From NCBI GenBank assembly GCA_003576945.1, contig QEVC01000003.1, forward strand, positions 391-64,369: DNA of 63,979 bases. The letters are read 5' to 3'. Source of the stretch: Candidatus Microgenomates bacterium (GTDB taxonomy: Bacteria > Patescibacteriota > Microgenomatia > UBA1400 > UBA12108). The translations under genes were made by a program, and so were the position numbers. The notes under the pieces were generated by a model. The model did no database searches, was not told where the DNA came from, and was given only the letters and a program-made list of their open reading frames with translations. Of the stretch, positions 48,343 through 58,300 are shown in pieces; the stretch's first letter is position 1, and each line of letters begins with the position of its first letter.

Positions 48343-50323
48343 ACCGATTGAGGAGCTCATCTATACTTAAGTTGCCAGATAAAAAGTCGTCGAGGGTCGA
48401 GTCATTAAGACTATCTATTCTGACCCCAGATTTCCTCGTTTTAAACTGTGCCCCATGTGACACCCAAAAGTTTTTTTCTGATTTACTCTTAATCTGACCT
48501 ACCGGTTCTCCGACTTTCCGGCTCTCTGAGTTTTCTGGTTGTCTGACACTCTGAATTAATTTGGTGGGTATCTCGTCAATAAATCTCGACTTTGTTTGAA
48601 ACCCGGTATTACCCCAGACCGTCCTCTGTTTGGCATAAGAGAGATACAGTTTTTCTTTGGCCCGCGTAATTCCCACATAAGCGAGCCGTCGCTCCTCCTC
48701 CATCTCTTCTAGGTCCATCAGTGCGCGAGAGTGGGGGAATAACCCTTCCTCCATCCCGATCAAAAATACTATCGGGAACTCTAGTCCTTTAGCTGCGTGC
48801 AGCGTCATAAGAGTCACGGAGTTGGATTTGTCCTTACCCTTTTCGCCCGCAAAGTACTCCGATTGGACTAGTGCTACATTCTCAAGGAGTGCTGGCAAGT
48901 CTTCAAATTCTTCTGCTACCACCTGCAGCTCTCGAATATTTTCGATCCTCGACAGTTCTTCTGGATCGTCTTCGTCAAACTGCTCCAGATATTTGGTGGT
49001 TTCGATAATCGTGCCTAGTAGCTCACTTGGCCTCGTTTTGGCGACGTCTATATTTTCCCTAAAGGCCATAAGCATCGCTAGGCGTCTTTTACCTACTTTT
49101 TCGGCCCGGGCGTAGCTAACCTTATCTGCCGGGTTTAAGAGGATTCTAAGGTATGCTAGTAGATCTTTTATTTCTTTGCGCTCATAAAACTTGGTCCCTC
49201 CGACCAGGGTATAGGGTACACCGTTTCGGATAAATGCTTCTTCGATCGCCCGGCTCTGCGCGTTGGTCCGGTACAGTATGGCTATCTCACTCCAGTCCCT
49301 GCCCTCATTGCGATACTTGAGTATTAAATCAACTATTCGACTCGCCTCGTCACTCCCCGAGTAGGCTTCGATTAGTCCGATCGGCTCTCCTGCTCCCGCC
49401 TCGGTCCACAGGGATAGGATCGGGTGGTTTTTGTTGTGTCCTATTACAGTCGTTGCCGCATCCAAGATGTTTTGGGTACTGCGATAATTTCGCTCTAGTC
49501 GTATCTCCGTTAGGGTAGAAAAGTCCGACTTGAGTTTGGTCATGTTGCGGTAGTCCGCCCCGCGCCAGCGATAGATCGATTGCGACGCATCTCCGACTAC
49601 AGTCAGCTCAGCTCTCGCAGCCAGTAGTTTGGTTAAGAGATATTGAGTGGTATTGGTGTCTTGATATTCATCAACAAACACGGCTTTAAAAAGGTTTTGG
49701 TAGTTATCCCTGACATGCTCATTTTTTTGCAGTAGCTCAACCGTGAGAGATAAGAGATCATCAAAGTCAACTGCCTTATACTCTCTTAAATACTTTTGAT
49801 ATTTTGTATAGACCGCCGCCGCCGCTTCCTGAAAAGGTCCTCTCGCCATGCCTCTATAGTTCTCTGGGTCTACCATCTCTTGTTTGGCCGAGCTGATCAT
49901 ACTCATGATACTGCGAGTCTTAAACCGCTTGGGGTCCTGAGATAGCTCTGCTTGGATTTGTTTGACCAGGTCTTCTTGGTCTCCGTCGTCATATATCACA
50001 AAGTCGTGACCTATCCCGAGCGCGTCCCCATGACGTCTTAGTATACGAGCAGACAGTGAGTGATAAGTCCCGACGTTAGGTAGGTAAGTCCCGGCTACTT
50101 TTTTTACCCGCTCCTTCATCTCACCCGCTGCCTTATTGGTAAATGTAACTAACAGTAGCTGCTCTGGAGTCACAAACCCAGAATGGAGTAGGTGAGCTGC
50201 TTTATAGGTAAGGGTTTTGGTCTTACCACTCCCTGCTCCAGCGAGTATAAGGAGGGGAGTACCTCGGTGCACTACCGCCGCGCGCTGTTTATCGTTAAGC
50301 TCGTCTAAGTAGTCAAAAGTCAT
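48341..50323 (-). CDS. pcrA: UvrD/PcrA superfamily 1 helicase
   Basis: LILAGAGSGKT, VDEYQDTN, VGDASQSIYRWRGA, NYRST, TLHAAKGLEF, EEERRLAYVGITRA. Start placed at 50323 (TATTAT 6 nt upstream). Confidence 0.95.
   Translation of the reverse strand: MTFDYLDELNDKQRAAVVHRGTPLLILAGAGSGKTKTLTYKAAHLLHSGFVTPEQLLLVTFTNKAAGEMKERVKKVAGTYLPNVGTYHSLSARILRRHGDALGIGHDFVIYDDGDQEDLVKQIQAELSQDPKRFKTRSIMSMISSAKQEMVDPENYRGMARGPFQEAAAAVYTKYQKYLREYKAVDFDDLLSLTVELLQKNEHVRDNYQNLFKAVFVDEYQDTNTTQYLLTKLLAARAELTVVGDASQSIYRWRGADYRNMTKLKSDFSTLTEIRLERNYRSTQNILDAATTVIGHNKNHPILSLWTEAGAGEPIGLIEAYSGSDEASRIVDLILKYRNEGRDWSEIAILYRTNAQSRAIEEAFIRNGVPYTLVGGTKFYERKEIKDLLAYLRILLNPADKVSYARAEKVGKRRLAMLMAFRENIDVAKTRPSELLGTIIETTKYLEQFDEDDPEELSRIENIRELQVVAEEFEDLPALLENVALVQSEYFAGEKGKDKSNSVTLMTLHAAKGLEFPIVFLIGMEEGLFPHSRALMDLEEMEEERRLAYVGITRAKEKLYLSYAKQRTVWGNTGFQTKSRFIDEIPTKLIQSVRQPENSESRKVGEPVGQIKSKSEKNFWVSHGAQFKTRKSGVRIDSLNDSTLDDFLSGNLSIDELLNR
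48477..48554. repeat. Degenerate 8-9-nt tandem array, copy 2, inside the helicase C-terminal linker
   Basis: ctgaccta ccggttct ccgacttt ccggctct ctgagtttt ctggttgt ctgacact. Confidence 0.7.
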
Positions 50324-50368
50324 TTTTTCATAATACTCCATCTCTTGCTCATACGATATACTATATTC

Positions 50369-51073
50369 ATGATACAAAATACATTATTTATTATCTTGGC
50401 CAATTTCAAGTCACACAAGTCTGCGAGTGAGATCGATTCTTATCTAGAGACAATTTCTGGCGTAGTCGAAGAAAATAAAGGTAAGGTAACCACCCTAATC
50501 GCTCCAAGCACCATACACATTCCCCAAGCATCATCCTTTATCCTAGAAAAACAACTAGACATTAAACTAACTGCTCAGGATGTCTCACCATTTCCTCCTG
50601 GAGCCTATACTGGTGCAGTCAACGCCTATCAACTCAAAGATTACCAAGTTAGCTACTGTCTAGTCGGCCACTCCGAGCGTCGGCGTTATTTCCACGAGAC
50701 TTATGTCGAGGTTGCTAATAAGGCTACCGAACTACTCTCTATGGGCATCACTCCCGCTATTTGTCTTGCACGCGAGGATATAGATCCACAATTTGCTGTT
50801 CTTGAAGACTCCATTCAAAATCAATGTCTTTATTGTTTTGAGCCACCCGCCGACATTGGTGGGACCACTACCGCTCCTCTCGACTTAATCACAGATACTC
50901 TCAGTATGATCAGGCGATATACAAACTCTCCCGTTCTTTATGGCGGTAGTGTTACTGCTGATAATATCGATAGTCTCTTAGGTCTCCCACTTGACGGTGT
51001 CCTAGTGGCGACCGCCAGCCTAGATCCAAATAATTTTAACAAGATAATTACCAAAGCATCCCATGCGCGCTAA
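50369..51073 (+). CDS. tpiA: Triosephosphate isomerase
   Basis: ANFK, GAYTG, GHSERR, catalytic E in FEPP, LYGGSV, DGVLVATASL. Confidence 0.93.
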   Translation: MIQNTLFIILANFKSHKSASEIDSYLETISGVVEENKGKVTTLIAPSTIHIPQASSFILEKQLDIKLTAQDVSPFPPGAYTGAVNAYQLKDYQVSYCLVGHSERRRYFHETYVEVANKATELLSMGITPAICLAREDIDPQFAVLEDSIQNQCLYCFEPPADIGGTTTAPLDLITDTLSMIRRYTNSPVLYGGSVTADNIDSLLGLPLDGVLVATASLDPNNFNKIITKASHAR

Positions 51074-52031
51074 ATTGCCCCTTATCATTGCCGTACTAAG
51101 TGCTGTATTAGTCGGTTTTGGATCCTGGTTCTATCAAAGTACACGTCTGCAGGATTACGCTCGCGGGATTATTGCCCCCCCCACCAACCTTCTGACATCT
51201 GACAATAGTCGCACCAACATTGCACTTCTTGGTGTGGGTGGCCACGGTCACGAAGGGGGGGAATTAACTGACAGCATTCTAGTCGCCTCCCTACATCACG
51301 AAACCAAAAAAATAACCCTAATCAGTATTCCAAGAGATATCTGGCTTTCATCCCAAGTCGCCAAAATTAACTCAATTTATTACTATGCTGAAAAGCAGTC
51401 TCCCGACACTGGGTTGACTAAGGTAAAAAATGCGCTAATCGAAGTCACTGGACTACCTATTCATTATAGTTTGCTGATTGATTTTTCCGGCTTTATTAAA
51501 GCCATAGATGCAGTTGGTGGTATAGAGGTCACGGTTGATCGCACTTTTGATGATTATAAATATCCCATTCCAGGTAAGGAAAATGTCGAGCCCGAAGCAG
51601 ATCGTTATGAGCATCTTCATTTCGAAGCCGGTGCTCAACGTATGGACGGTGTCACCGCCCTAAAATATGTCCGCTCGCGTCACGCACTCGGTGAAGAAGG
51701 TACCGATTTTGCCAGAAGCATTAGACAGCAAAAAGTTATTCGTGCCTTCTTAAGAAGCTTGATTTCAACACAAACTGTTTTTAACTCGGAGCGAATTACT
51801 ACACTAGAATCAGCCCTTTCTAGCTCCATCAAAACAGATATTCCCGAATCACTCTATGCATCTTTTACCAAGTTTGGCCTTACACTCAACTTTGATGAAA
51901 TAAAGAGCATCACAATCGAAAGCCTGCTATACAATCCTAAAAATCTTAAACCATATGGTTCTCAATGGGTTTTACTTCCTATCAAAGATTGGACCACTAT
52001 TCATTCTTATGTTCAAGAAAATCTCAACTAG
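51063..52031 (+). CDS. LytR-CpsA-Psr (LCP) family protein
   Basis: TDSILV, SIPRD, KINSIY, DAVGGIEV, ALKYVRSR, DFARSIRQQKVI. Confidence 0.92.
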   Translation: MRAKLPLIIAVLSAVLVGFGSWFYQSTRLQDYARGIIAPPTNLLTSDNSRTNIALLGVGGHGHEGGELTDSILVASLHHETKKITLISIPRDIWLSSQVAKINSIYYYAEKQSPDTGLTKVKNALIEVTGLPIHYSLLIDFSGFIKAIDAVGGIEVTVDRTFDDYKYPIPGKENVEPEADRYEHLHFEAGAQRMDGVTALKYVRSRHALGEEGTDFARSIRQQKVIRAFLRSLISTQTVFNSERITTLESALSSSIKTDIPESLYASFTKFGLTLNFDEIKSITIESLLYNPKNLKPYGSQWVLLPIKDWTTIHSYVQENLN

Positions 52032-54417
52032 CAGAGTTCTTATTCCATTGTTTTTGTTGATAGGGATCTGTGTAAGATTCTACGGATTTTTCACTCCCGC
52101 TCAGCCATATGACATTGTTACTTATCAGGCTTGGGCCAATCATCTTCTATCAGTTGGTCCCCAATCATTCTTCGGTAGTATCTGGTCAGATTATATGCCA
52201 CTACCGATACTGAGTTTCTCTGTCCCGCTCCTTATTTCTAACGCCACAAATCTAGATTTCACACTCGTCTTTAAAATCTTCCACACCCTATTAGAGTTGA
52301 GCATAACCACCACTATCTTTTCGATAGCTCGAACAAAAATAAAAAACTATCTTTTAGTTATCTTTCTCATTTTCCTCTCACCTGCCGTAATTGGCAACAC
52401 TACTTTCTGGGGACAAGTGGACGCTATCCCTAGCCTTCTCTCCTTACTCTCACTCATTATCCTCGTTAACCATGACCTGCTCACCTTTAAGCAGACATTT
52501 ATCTCCGCACTTTTGTATGGACTCGCCGTTGCCTATAAACCGATCATGCTTTTGATCGCCCCAGTACTCTGGATCGTTGCCATAAAAAAGCGACAATTAT
52601 GGCAATTTCCACTATATTCTGGCACCACCTTCTTTTTAACTGCTCTCCCATTTGTCACTGCACCATGGGAGGTATTCAGGTTCATGTGGGATCGAGCAGT
52701 GGAGCAAGCAGGGACCTATCCATATTTAAGTATTAACGCCTGGAACCTCTGGACCATTAGAGGAAACACCGCTTGGGTTCCCGACAATCTCTCGGTGCTT
52801 GGCATTACTGGACATACCTTGGGACTTTTCCTGTTTTTTGCCTTTTCCCTTATCGCCTTTCGTACTTGGTATAAGCAGGGTTTTAACCCCAACTTAAGCT
52901 ACCAACTTTCAGCCTTAATTTTAATTCTCTTTTACACCTTTACTACCCGCATGCACGAAAGGCACCTGCTCTTTGGTCTACCTTTCTTAGCCATCTCTAT
53001 CAGTCAAATGCCAAAAATGATTTGGTCTTACCTAGTCCTTACAGCCTGCTATTCACTTAACCTTTATGGTGCATTTTATTGGGTAGTCAATAATCAGTCT
53101 TGGCCCTTTCCAATCTGGGTAATTGCAGCAATTTCACTCACAACCATAATTGCTACCACTCTCGTTTTCATAAGTACGATCGCACCCGATTTCTATCATA
53201 GGCTCGTTAGTATGTTTTTAAAAAACAAAATGCTTGCAGCTATCCTTATCCTGGCTACAGCGCTGCGTTTCGTTAACCTCTCCCACCCTAACACCTACAT
53301 CTTCGATGAGGTTTATCACGGTTTTACGGCAAAAGAATATCTACACAACCACATCGAAGCTTGGGAGTGGTGGACTACGCCCCCACAAGGTGTCGCCTAC
53401 GAATGGACCCATCCACCCGTTGCCAAGTACGGCATGGTCCTTGGTATGTTATTCCTCGGAGAAGGGGAGTTGGGTTATCGTATTGGCTCAGCCATTATGG
53501 GAGTTCTAGGGATATTCGGTATGTATCTACTGGTACTCTCTGTAACTAAAAACCAGAAATTTGCACTCTTATCTGCCTTTTTAATGACGATCGAGGGGAC
53601 ACACATTGCTCAGTCTCGCATCGCAATGAACGACAGCTACATGTTAACTTTCTATCTCTACTCCATCTATTTCGCTATCAACTCTAAGTGGAAACTTGCC
53701 TCAATCCTTTTTGGTCTCGCGCTCGGGAGTAAGTGGAGCGCGATCTATGGCCTAGTCCCCCTAATGGTAGTCTACCTGTGGCAGAACAACCCAAAAGATT
53801 GGAGGATAGTTACTTTTTTCCAACACTTACTCAGAGCGATCCGCTATCTTCTCATTACAATTAGTGTTTATATCCTCACCTTCGCCCCCTTCATTCTCGC
53901 TGGACATACCTGGGATCAGTGGTGGGAGCTACACCGGCAGATGTGGTTTTATCACACCAATCTCGTAGCCACTCATGCCTATCAATCAACTCCCTTGCAG
54001 TGGATCTTTGCTGCTCGTCCTGTGTGGTATTGGGTCAACTATGGCAGTGGAGTTATTAGCAACATCTATGTCCAAGGCAATCCTCTCATTTTGTGGCTCG
54101 GTCTGGTCGCTCTTATCATGCAGATCAAAAAGATCTTCACTTACCCATATACTATCTTCTATCTCCTATATACAATCTTCACGGTTCCCTGGATTTTCTC
54201 ACCCAGGATTATGTTCTACTACCACTATCTCCCAAGTGCAGTCTTCTTATCTCCCATCCTTTCTTCCTGGCTCTTATCCTTCCCTAAAAAGTACCTCTAC
54301 CCAACACTATGTCTATTCGTCTTCTCGCTCATTGTAATTGCCCCAATGCTTTATGGTTTTGCTCTCCCCGAAGCATACTGGACAAGCTTTTTCAAAGTCT
54401 TCCCTAATTGGAAATAG
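52009..54417 (+). CDS. Fusion of two GT-C glycosyltransferase modules (N-half GT87/PIG-M-like, C-half PMT-like)
   Basis: N-half: YDIVTYQAW...SDYMP, FWGQVD, RMHERH. C-half: FDEVYH, EWTHPP, HAYQSTPLQW, FYYHYLP. About 20 or more TM segments. Confidence 0.75.
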   Translation: MFKKISTSRVLIPLFLLIGICVRFYGFFTPAQPYDIVTYQAWANHLLSVGPQSFFGSIWSDYMPLPILSFSVPLLISNATNLDFTLVFKIFHTLLELSITTTIFSIARTKIKNYLLVIFLIFLSPAVIGNTTFWGQVDAIPSLLSLLSLIILVNHDLLTFKQTFISALLYGLAVAYKPIMLLIAPVLWIVAIKKRQLWQFPLYSGTTFFLTALPFVTAPWEVFRFMWDRAVEQAGTYPYLSINAWNLWTIRGNTAWVPDNLSVLGITGHTLGLFLFFAFSLIAFRTWYKQGFNPNLSYQLSALILILFYTFTTRMHERHLLFGLPFLAISISQMPKMIWSYLVLTACYSLNLYGAFYWVVNNQSWPFPIWVIAAISLTTIIATTLVFISTIAPDFYHRLVSMFLKNKMLAAILILATALRFVNLSHPNTYIFDEVYHGFTAKEYLHNHIEAWEWWTTPPQGVAYEWTHPPVAKYGMVLGMLFLGEGELGYRIGSAIMGVLGIFGMYLLVLSVTKNQKFALLSAFLMTIEGTHIAQSRIAMNDSYMLTFYLYSIYFAINSKWKLASILFGLALGSKWSAIYGLVPLMVVYLWQNNPKDWRIVTFFQHLLRAIRYLLITISVYILTFAPFILAGHTWDQWWELHRQMWFYHTNLVATHAYQSTPLQWIFAARPVWYWVNYGSGVISNIYVQGNPLILWLGLVALIMQIKKIFTYPYTIFYLLYTIFTVPWIFSPRIMFYYHYLPSAVFLSPILSSWLLSFPKKYLYPTLCLFVFSLIVIAPMLYGFALPEAYWTSFFKVFPNWK

Positions 54418-54422
54418 AGTAT

Positions 54423-55283
54423 TTATAGAAGTAGTAGTCCAAGTGCACCTAGGATTAGGAACACCATTCCTACGCCGATGGTGCCAGCGGTTACTTCAAA
54501 CACGCCTGCTTGGGGTAGCTCTGTTGGCACTGGGGATGGGGGAGTTATGATCTTACCAGTGGCATCTAGTTGTACGCTACAGCTGTTTCGCTGCCCATTG
54601 CTCGAGAACACTTCGGCTGTGTTAGCGATAGATGTATTAGAAGATACATTTATTCTAGCTCTGATCGACCTTTGTGCCTGCGCTCCCGCAGCCAAGGTTC
54701 CGATAGTACAGGTTACAGTGCGTGTTCCACTGTCGTATGTACAGTCCGAATCAGCATCAACAAATGTCAGGTTTGATGAAAGCGTGTCCGTGATCTTGGT
54801 GTCTGGGACGCTTGATCCACCATGGTTCTTGGCGATGATACTATACACGATTGTCGTTCCTGATGCGAGTGACGATGCCTCAGCAATTCGCGATTCTAGA
54901 TAATAAAAGCCTGCGCGATTTCGGGCATCATCCGCATATACTTCTTTTGATACACAGTCTAGGTCAGCAGAGGCAGGGGTGGAGGGGGAGGGAGAAACAT
55001 AAACAATTGGTGTTCCTGATGGTGATGGGGAGGGGGAAGAAGAAGCACACGCGACTACAAAATTTAGCTCACATTTTGCTGCATTTGCTGGAGTCACCTC
55101 GTTGATGCCAATTGGTACGGGTGTTACCGAAGGACTGCTCATTATCGCTACTTTAGGTGTTGGCGTAGGGCTAGGTCTCGTATTTGTTGGTTGCCTAACA
55201 AGATAAATCGCTCCTAACGATGCAGCGATCAGTACAAACACGCCTGCTCCGATTAGTAGTGTTTTTTTGAGTTGAGTTGTCAT
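54423..55283 (-). CDS. DUF11-domain surface protein with an LPxxG-type C-terminal sorting signal
   Basis: N-terminal TM, PSPSP linkers, DUF11-like TIVYSIIAKN...ITDTLSSNLTFV...IANTAEV, C-terminal LPQAG plus hydrophobic helix. Confidence 0.75.
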   Translation of the reverse strand: MTTQLKKTLLIGAGVFVLIAASLGAIYLVRQPTNTRPSPTPTPKVAIMSSPSVTPVPIGINEVTPANAAKCELNFVVACASSSPSPSPSGTPIVYVSPSPSTPASADLDCVSKEVYADDARNRAGFYYLESRIAEASSLASGTTIVYSIIAKNHGGSSVPDTKITDTLSSNLTFVDADSDCTYDSGTRTVTCTIGTLAAGAQAQRSIRARINVSSNTSIANTAEVFSSNGQRNSCSVQLDATGKIITPPSPVPTELPQAGVFEVTAGTIGVGMVFLILGALGLLLL

Positions 55284-55288
55284 ATTTG

Positions 55289-56905
55289 TTATTGCGTTGC
55301 TGCGGTCCAGTTAGGATCACAGGTTAATACTCCGTTAATTGTGCCACATGCCTGACACTGCACTTTGTAGCTACCACACGCAGCTATGGTTAGTTCCGAA
55401 GTCGTCGCTGTTTTGTTGGTCATCGCCACGTACGCTCCGCTATTTAGACTGTAACGGAATTTATAAGTCAAACTAACCGCACCAGCTGGTGTTGATGCTC
55501 CGACACAGGTGAATGTTACTTTGTCTCCTACCGCTGGGGTTGTGGTGGGTGTGCGGGTTAAGCTTGTACACATTAGACTAGCCGTAACTGGTGTTGATGG
55601 ACTAGGGGAGGGGTTGGATGTAGTCGTTTCTTCTTCTTCCTCACACCCACATGTCGAACTATAACTGGTATGACCGTTGGGTGTATCAACCTGAACAGTT
55701 CCACAGAAACACCCCAAATTACCCCCGAAAGAAAAGCCGTTTGCTTCGGTACAAGCTCCGCCAGTGTATACAACTCCGCCTTTGCCAGCTTTCCCTTCTC
55801 GACAAATGTATGATCCCGATCCAAAGTTGATAGTACCTTTCCCAGTATTACAGAGCTCGTTAGCTTTGTTCAAGGTTTCTTGACCATAAGGTTTATATGC
55901 GTTTTGAGAAGCAGCATCCATTGCCCAACTCAGACACACCCCAGTTTCTTTATCCAGACTTTTGCACTCGCAGGATACATTTTGCAGATTACCAATCTGA
56001 ATAGTATAGCCCAATTCTATAGCTCGATTATTACAATTTCCTTGACTACCATCATTCAACATACAGAATGCATAGGGCTTTCCTTTACTATCTACGCTCT
56101 CGCACCACTGTCCGCCACTACCACTCTTTTCGCATGCGCTTTTTCCTAGTCCTGAGACATCTTTAGCGGGTTCTTGTTTAATACCTAACTCCTTATTGCG
56201 CAAGTCTTCCTGTCTCACATTATTCCCATTATCATCCTTGACAATTTTATCAGGATCAAAATTAGGATTTTTTATTACCTTACCAGTGCTATCTCTAATA
56301 AACTTAGGTTCGTAAATAGCAGCTATTAATGACTCGCCAGTCAACATTTGGTACGAAGCAGCACCAACCACACCTAACAACAATAGTACGCCAGCAACGA
56401 CTCCAACAACCTTCAATCCTTTTTTCTTTGGCTTGCCAGTAACTGGAATATTGTTGCTATTACCAGCCAACGTGGTTGGGGTAATCGCAGGGGAGATTGG
56501 TTCAACTGTAATGTCTGGCGCAGCTTGTTGTGTGGTTGTGGAAGCATCTACAGCCGCACTATCCATAAATGCCAGTGGCATATCTTCGCCCATTGGTTTG
56601 GTTTCTGTTGGAGGCTCTGGCAATACTGCGGGTTCAGCTTGAGTATTAGTTAGTTCGGCGGGAACACTGTCTGTTGTAGGTGGGGGAGTGCTCGCTGCGT
56701 CGGCACTTGGCTCGACCACTGCCGGATCACTTGCAGTCTGACTCAATGGCTCTGGTGTCGTTAAGGGTTGTTGTGGGTTTACGGCGACTTCTTCTTTATG
56801 GGCTTCTGTGCTTGGTGTGGGTGTCAAACTTGCGCCGCCCAATGCCTGATCTATTAGGTCTTGAGGGCTGTTAGTTGGTTGTGTTGGCGTGTTTGGGTCA
56901 GTCAT
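55289..56905 (-). CDS. Single-pass membrane protein with P/T-rich N-terminus and cysteine-rich ectodomain
   Basis: KPKKK precedes the TM; 20 Cys counted after the TM. Confidence 0.7.
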   Translation of the reverse strand: MTDPNTPTQPTNSPQDLIDQALGGASLTPTPSTEAHKEEVAVNPQQPLTTPEPLSQTASDPAVVEPSADAASTPPPTTDSVPAELTNTQAEPAVLPEPPTETKPMGEDMPLAFMDSAAVDASTTTQQAAPDITVEPISPAITPTTLAGNSNNIPVTGKPKKKGLKVVGVVAGVLLLLGVVGAASYQMLTGESLIAAIYEPKFIRDSTGKVIKNPNFDPDKIVKDDNGNNVRQEDLRNKELGIKQEPAKDVSGLGKSACEKSGSGGQWCESVDSKGKPYAFCMLNDGSQGNCNNRAIELGYTIQIGNLQNVSCECKSLDKETGVCLSWAMDAASQNAYKPYGQETLNKANELCNTGKGTINFGSGSYICREGKAGKGGVVYTGGACTEANGFSFGGNLGCFCGTVQVDTPNGHTSYSSTCGCEEEEETTTSNPSPSPSTPVTASLMCTSLTRTPTTTPAVGDKVTFTCVGASTPAGAVSLTYKFRYSLNSGAYVAMTNKTATTSELTIAACGSYKVQCQACGTINGVLTCDPNWTAATQ

Positions 56906-56915
56906 AATCAAGCAC

Positions 56916-58262
56916 CTAAAGCGCAAGTAGAAAAGCGCCTAATACCATAATCGCAAACCCTAGAGCGCTAGTCAATAGCATTGGTGTCATTACTCCCGTA
57001 ACTGGCACGCCACTATCAGTTGCCGGAATACTTGTGCGTGGAGATGCAGTCGCTACGTTCGTAGTTGTGCTTGCCGATGGCGTTGAGACAAACGCTGGCT
57101 CACTTGTTGCACTCGCTGCCGATACTGAAAAGTTTCTAACTATTGTCTGCGCTTTTCCATCTTTGTCTTTATACGAAATTGTGATTTTCTGCTTACCCAA
57201 TGATAGTGCGATCGCTGGCGACCAGCTCCAGCTCCCGCTCGCACTTATCCGGACTGTATCAGAGACTGCCTTCTGCCCCGTAATTGAAATTGTGATCGAG
57301 GCGTTGGCTGCGCCTGTTCCTCTAAATTCAGGCTTGGTTGTCGCTAGCACTTCACCTTCAACTGCAGGGTTTGTTAATGTATATGCGCCATCAGTAACTA
57401 CATTAATCTCTGGATCTGCTAGCGGCTCGACGTTAAATATCTCAAGCGGCTGGGCAGTCGTCGGACTCGGATCACTCGATGCTACAGGAGCCTCGCTCGC
57501 TTGTGGCTCTACTTGTGCAATTTGGGTCGTCACTGGTGGCTCTTGACCTGGTAATGATCTAAAGTCCGCATTCTCTCCCAAGGCAATCGTTGGTACAGGG
57601 GCTATATTAGTTGTCGAAACAGTTACTGACGATTTTGCAAGCCCATTATCCAAAGTTAGCGATACTACTGTCGCAGCAGGATCGTATGACACAAAGTTTT
57701 TTAAATCCGCGCTCCTTATAGTTGAAATGGGAATGCTATACGAACCCTTTGAGTTGAGCGTGAGTGATGCGGGTTGCGCATCAGGTATTGAAACATAAAC
57801 TAGCGTATCCTCACTCGCATTCGTCACATCTCCATACAAACTCCTCGCTGCCGGGACGCTTGCAATCGTCGTGCCCGTTGTTGCTGTATAAACACTTCCA
57901 TTATTATCAAAACGCTGGAGCCCTTCTCCTGACAATATACGAAATGCATAATTAGTTCCTGGTTGTAAATCAACTATTGTTACATGATGTGTTTGACCAG
58001 TGTATTTCTCGCCTCGGTCATCACCGCGTTGTTTATCTAGCTTCTCTCCCACATTTCCGTATTCAACTTTTCCTATCGTTGGTGTTTGAGTTGTCCACGA
58101 AACGCTAAATTTATTGTCTGCAATATTGGTTATCTTTACTGATTGGGGTATCGTTCCAACGCTTGTCTTTGCTCCATTACCACGTTGCCACATCCAAAAA
58201 GATACCCCTATCGCAACTAGTAATAATAATGCAAGTAGTGTTGGAATCTTTTTATCAAGCAT
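56916..58262 (-). CDS. FN3/Ig-like surface protein with a VPVTG C-terminal sorting-like signal
   Basis: ITNIADNKFSVSWTT...HHVTIVDLQPGTNYAFRI (FN3-like), KPEFRGTG...GSWSWSP (Big-like), VPVTG plus hydrophobic end. Confidence 0.75.
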   Translation of the reverse strand: MLDKKIPTLLALLLLVAIGVSFWMWQRGNGAKTSVGTIPQSVKITNIADNKFSVSWTTQTPTIGKVEYGNVGEKLDKQRGDDRGEKYTGQTHHVTIVDLQPGTNYAFRILSGEGLQRFDNNGSVYTATTGTTIASVPAARSLYGDVTNASEDTLVYVSIPDAQPASLTLNSKGSYSIPISTIRSADLKNFVSYDPAATVVSLTLDNGLAKSSVTVSTTNIAPVPTIALGENADFRSLPGQEPPVTTQIAQVEPQASEAPVASSDPSPTTAQPLEIFNVEPLADPEINVVTDGAYTLTNPAVEGEVLATTKPEFRGTGAANASITISITGQKAVSDTVRISASGSWSWSPAIALSLGKQKITISYKDKDGKAQTIVRNFSVSAASATSEPAFVSTPSASTTTNVATASPRTSIPATDSGVPVTGVMTPMLLTSALGFAIMVLGAFLLAL

Positions 58263-58300
58263 AAATCAAGTCAATTTAATATAAATTCATGCTATCACAT

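Noticed and set aside
56420-56450. IPVTG pentapeptide in the Cys-rich protein
   Set aside because: It lies N-terminal to KPKKK and the TM, on the predicted cytoplasmic side, so it is not a sorting signal.
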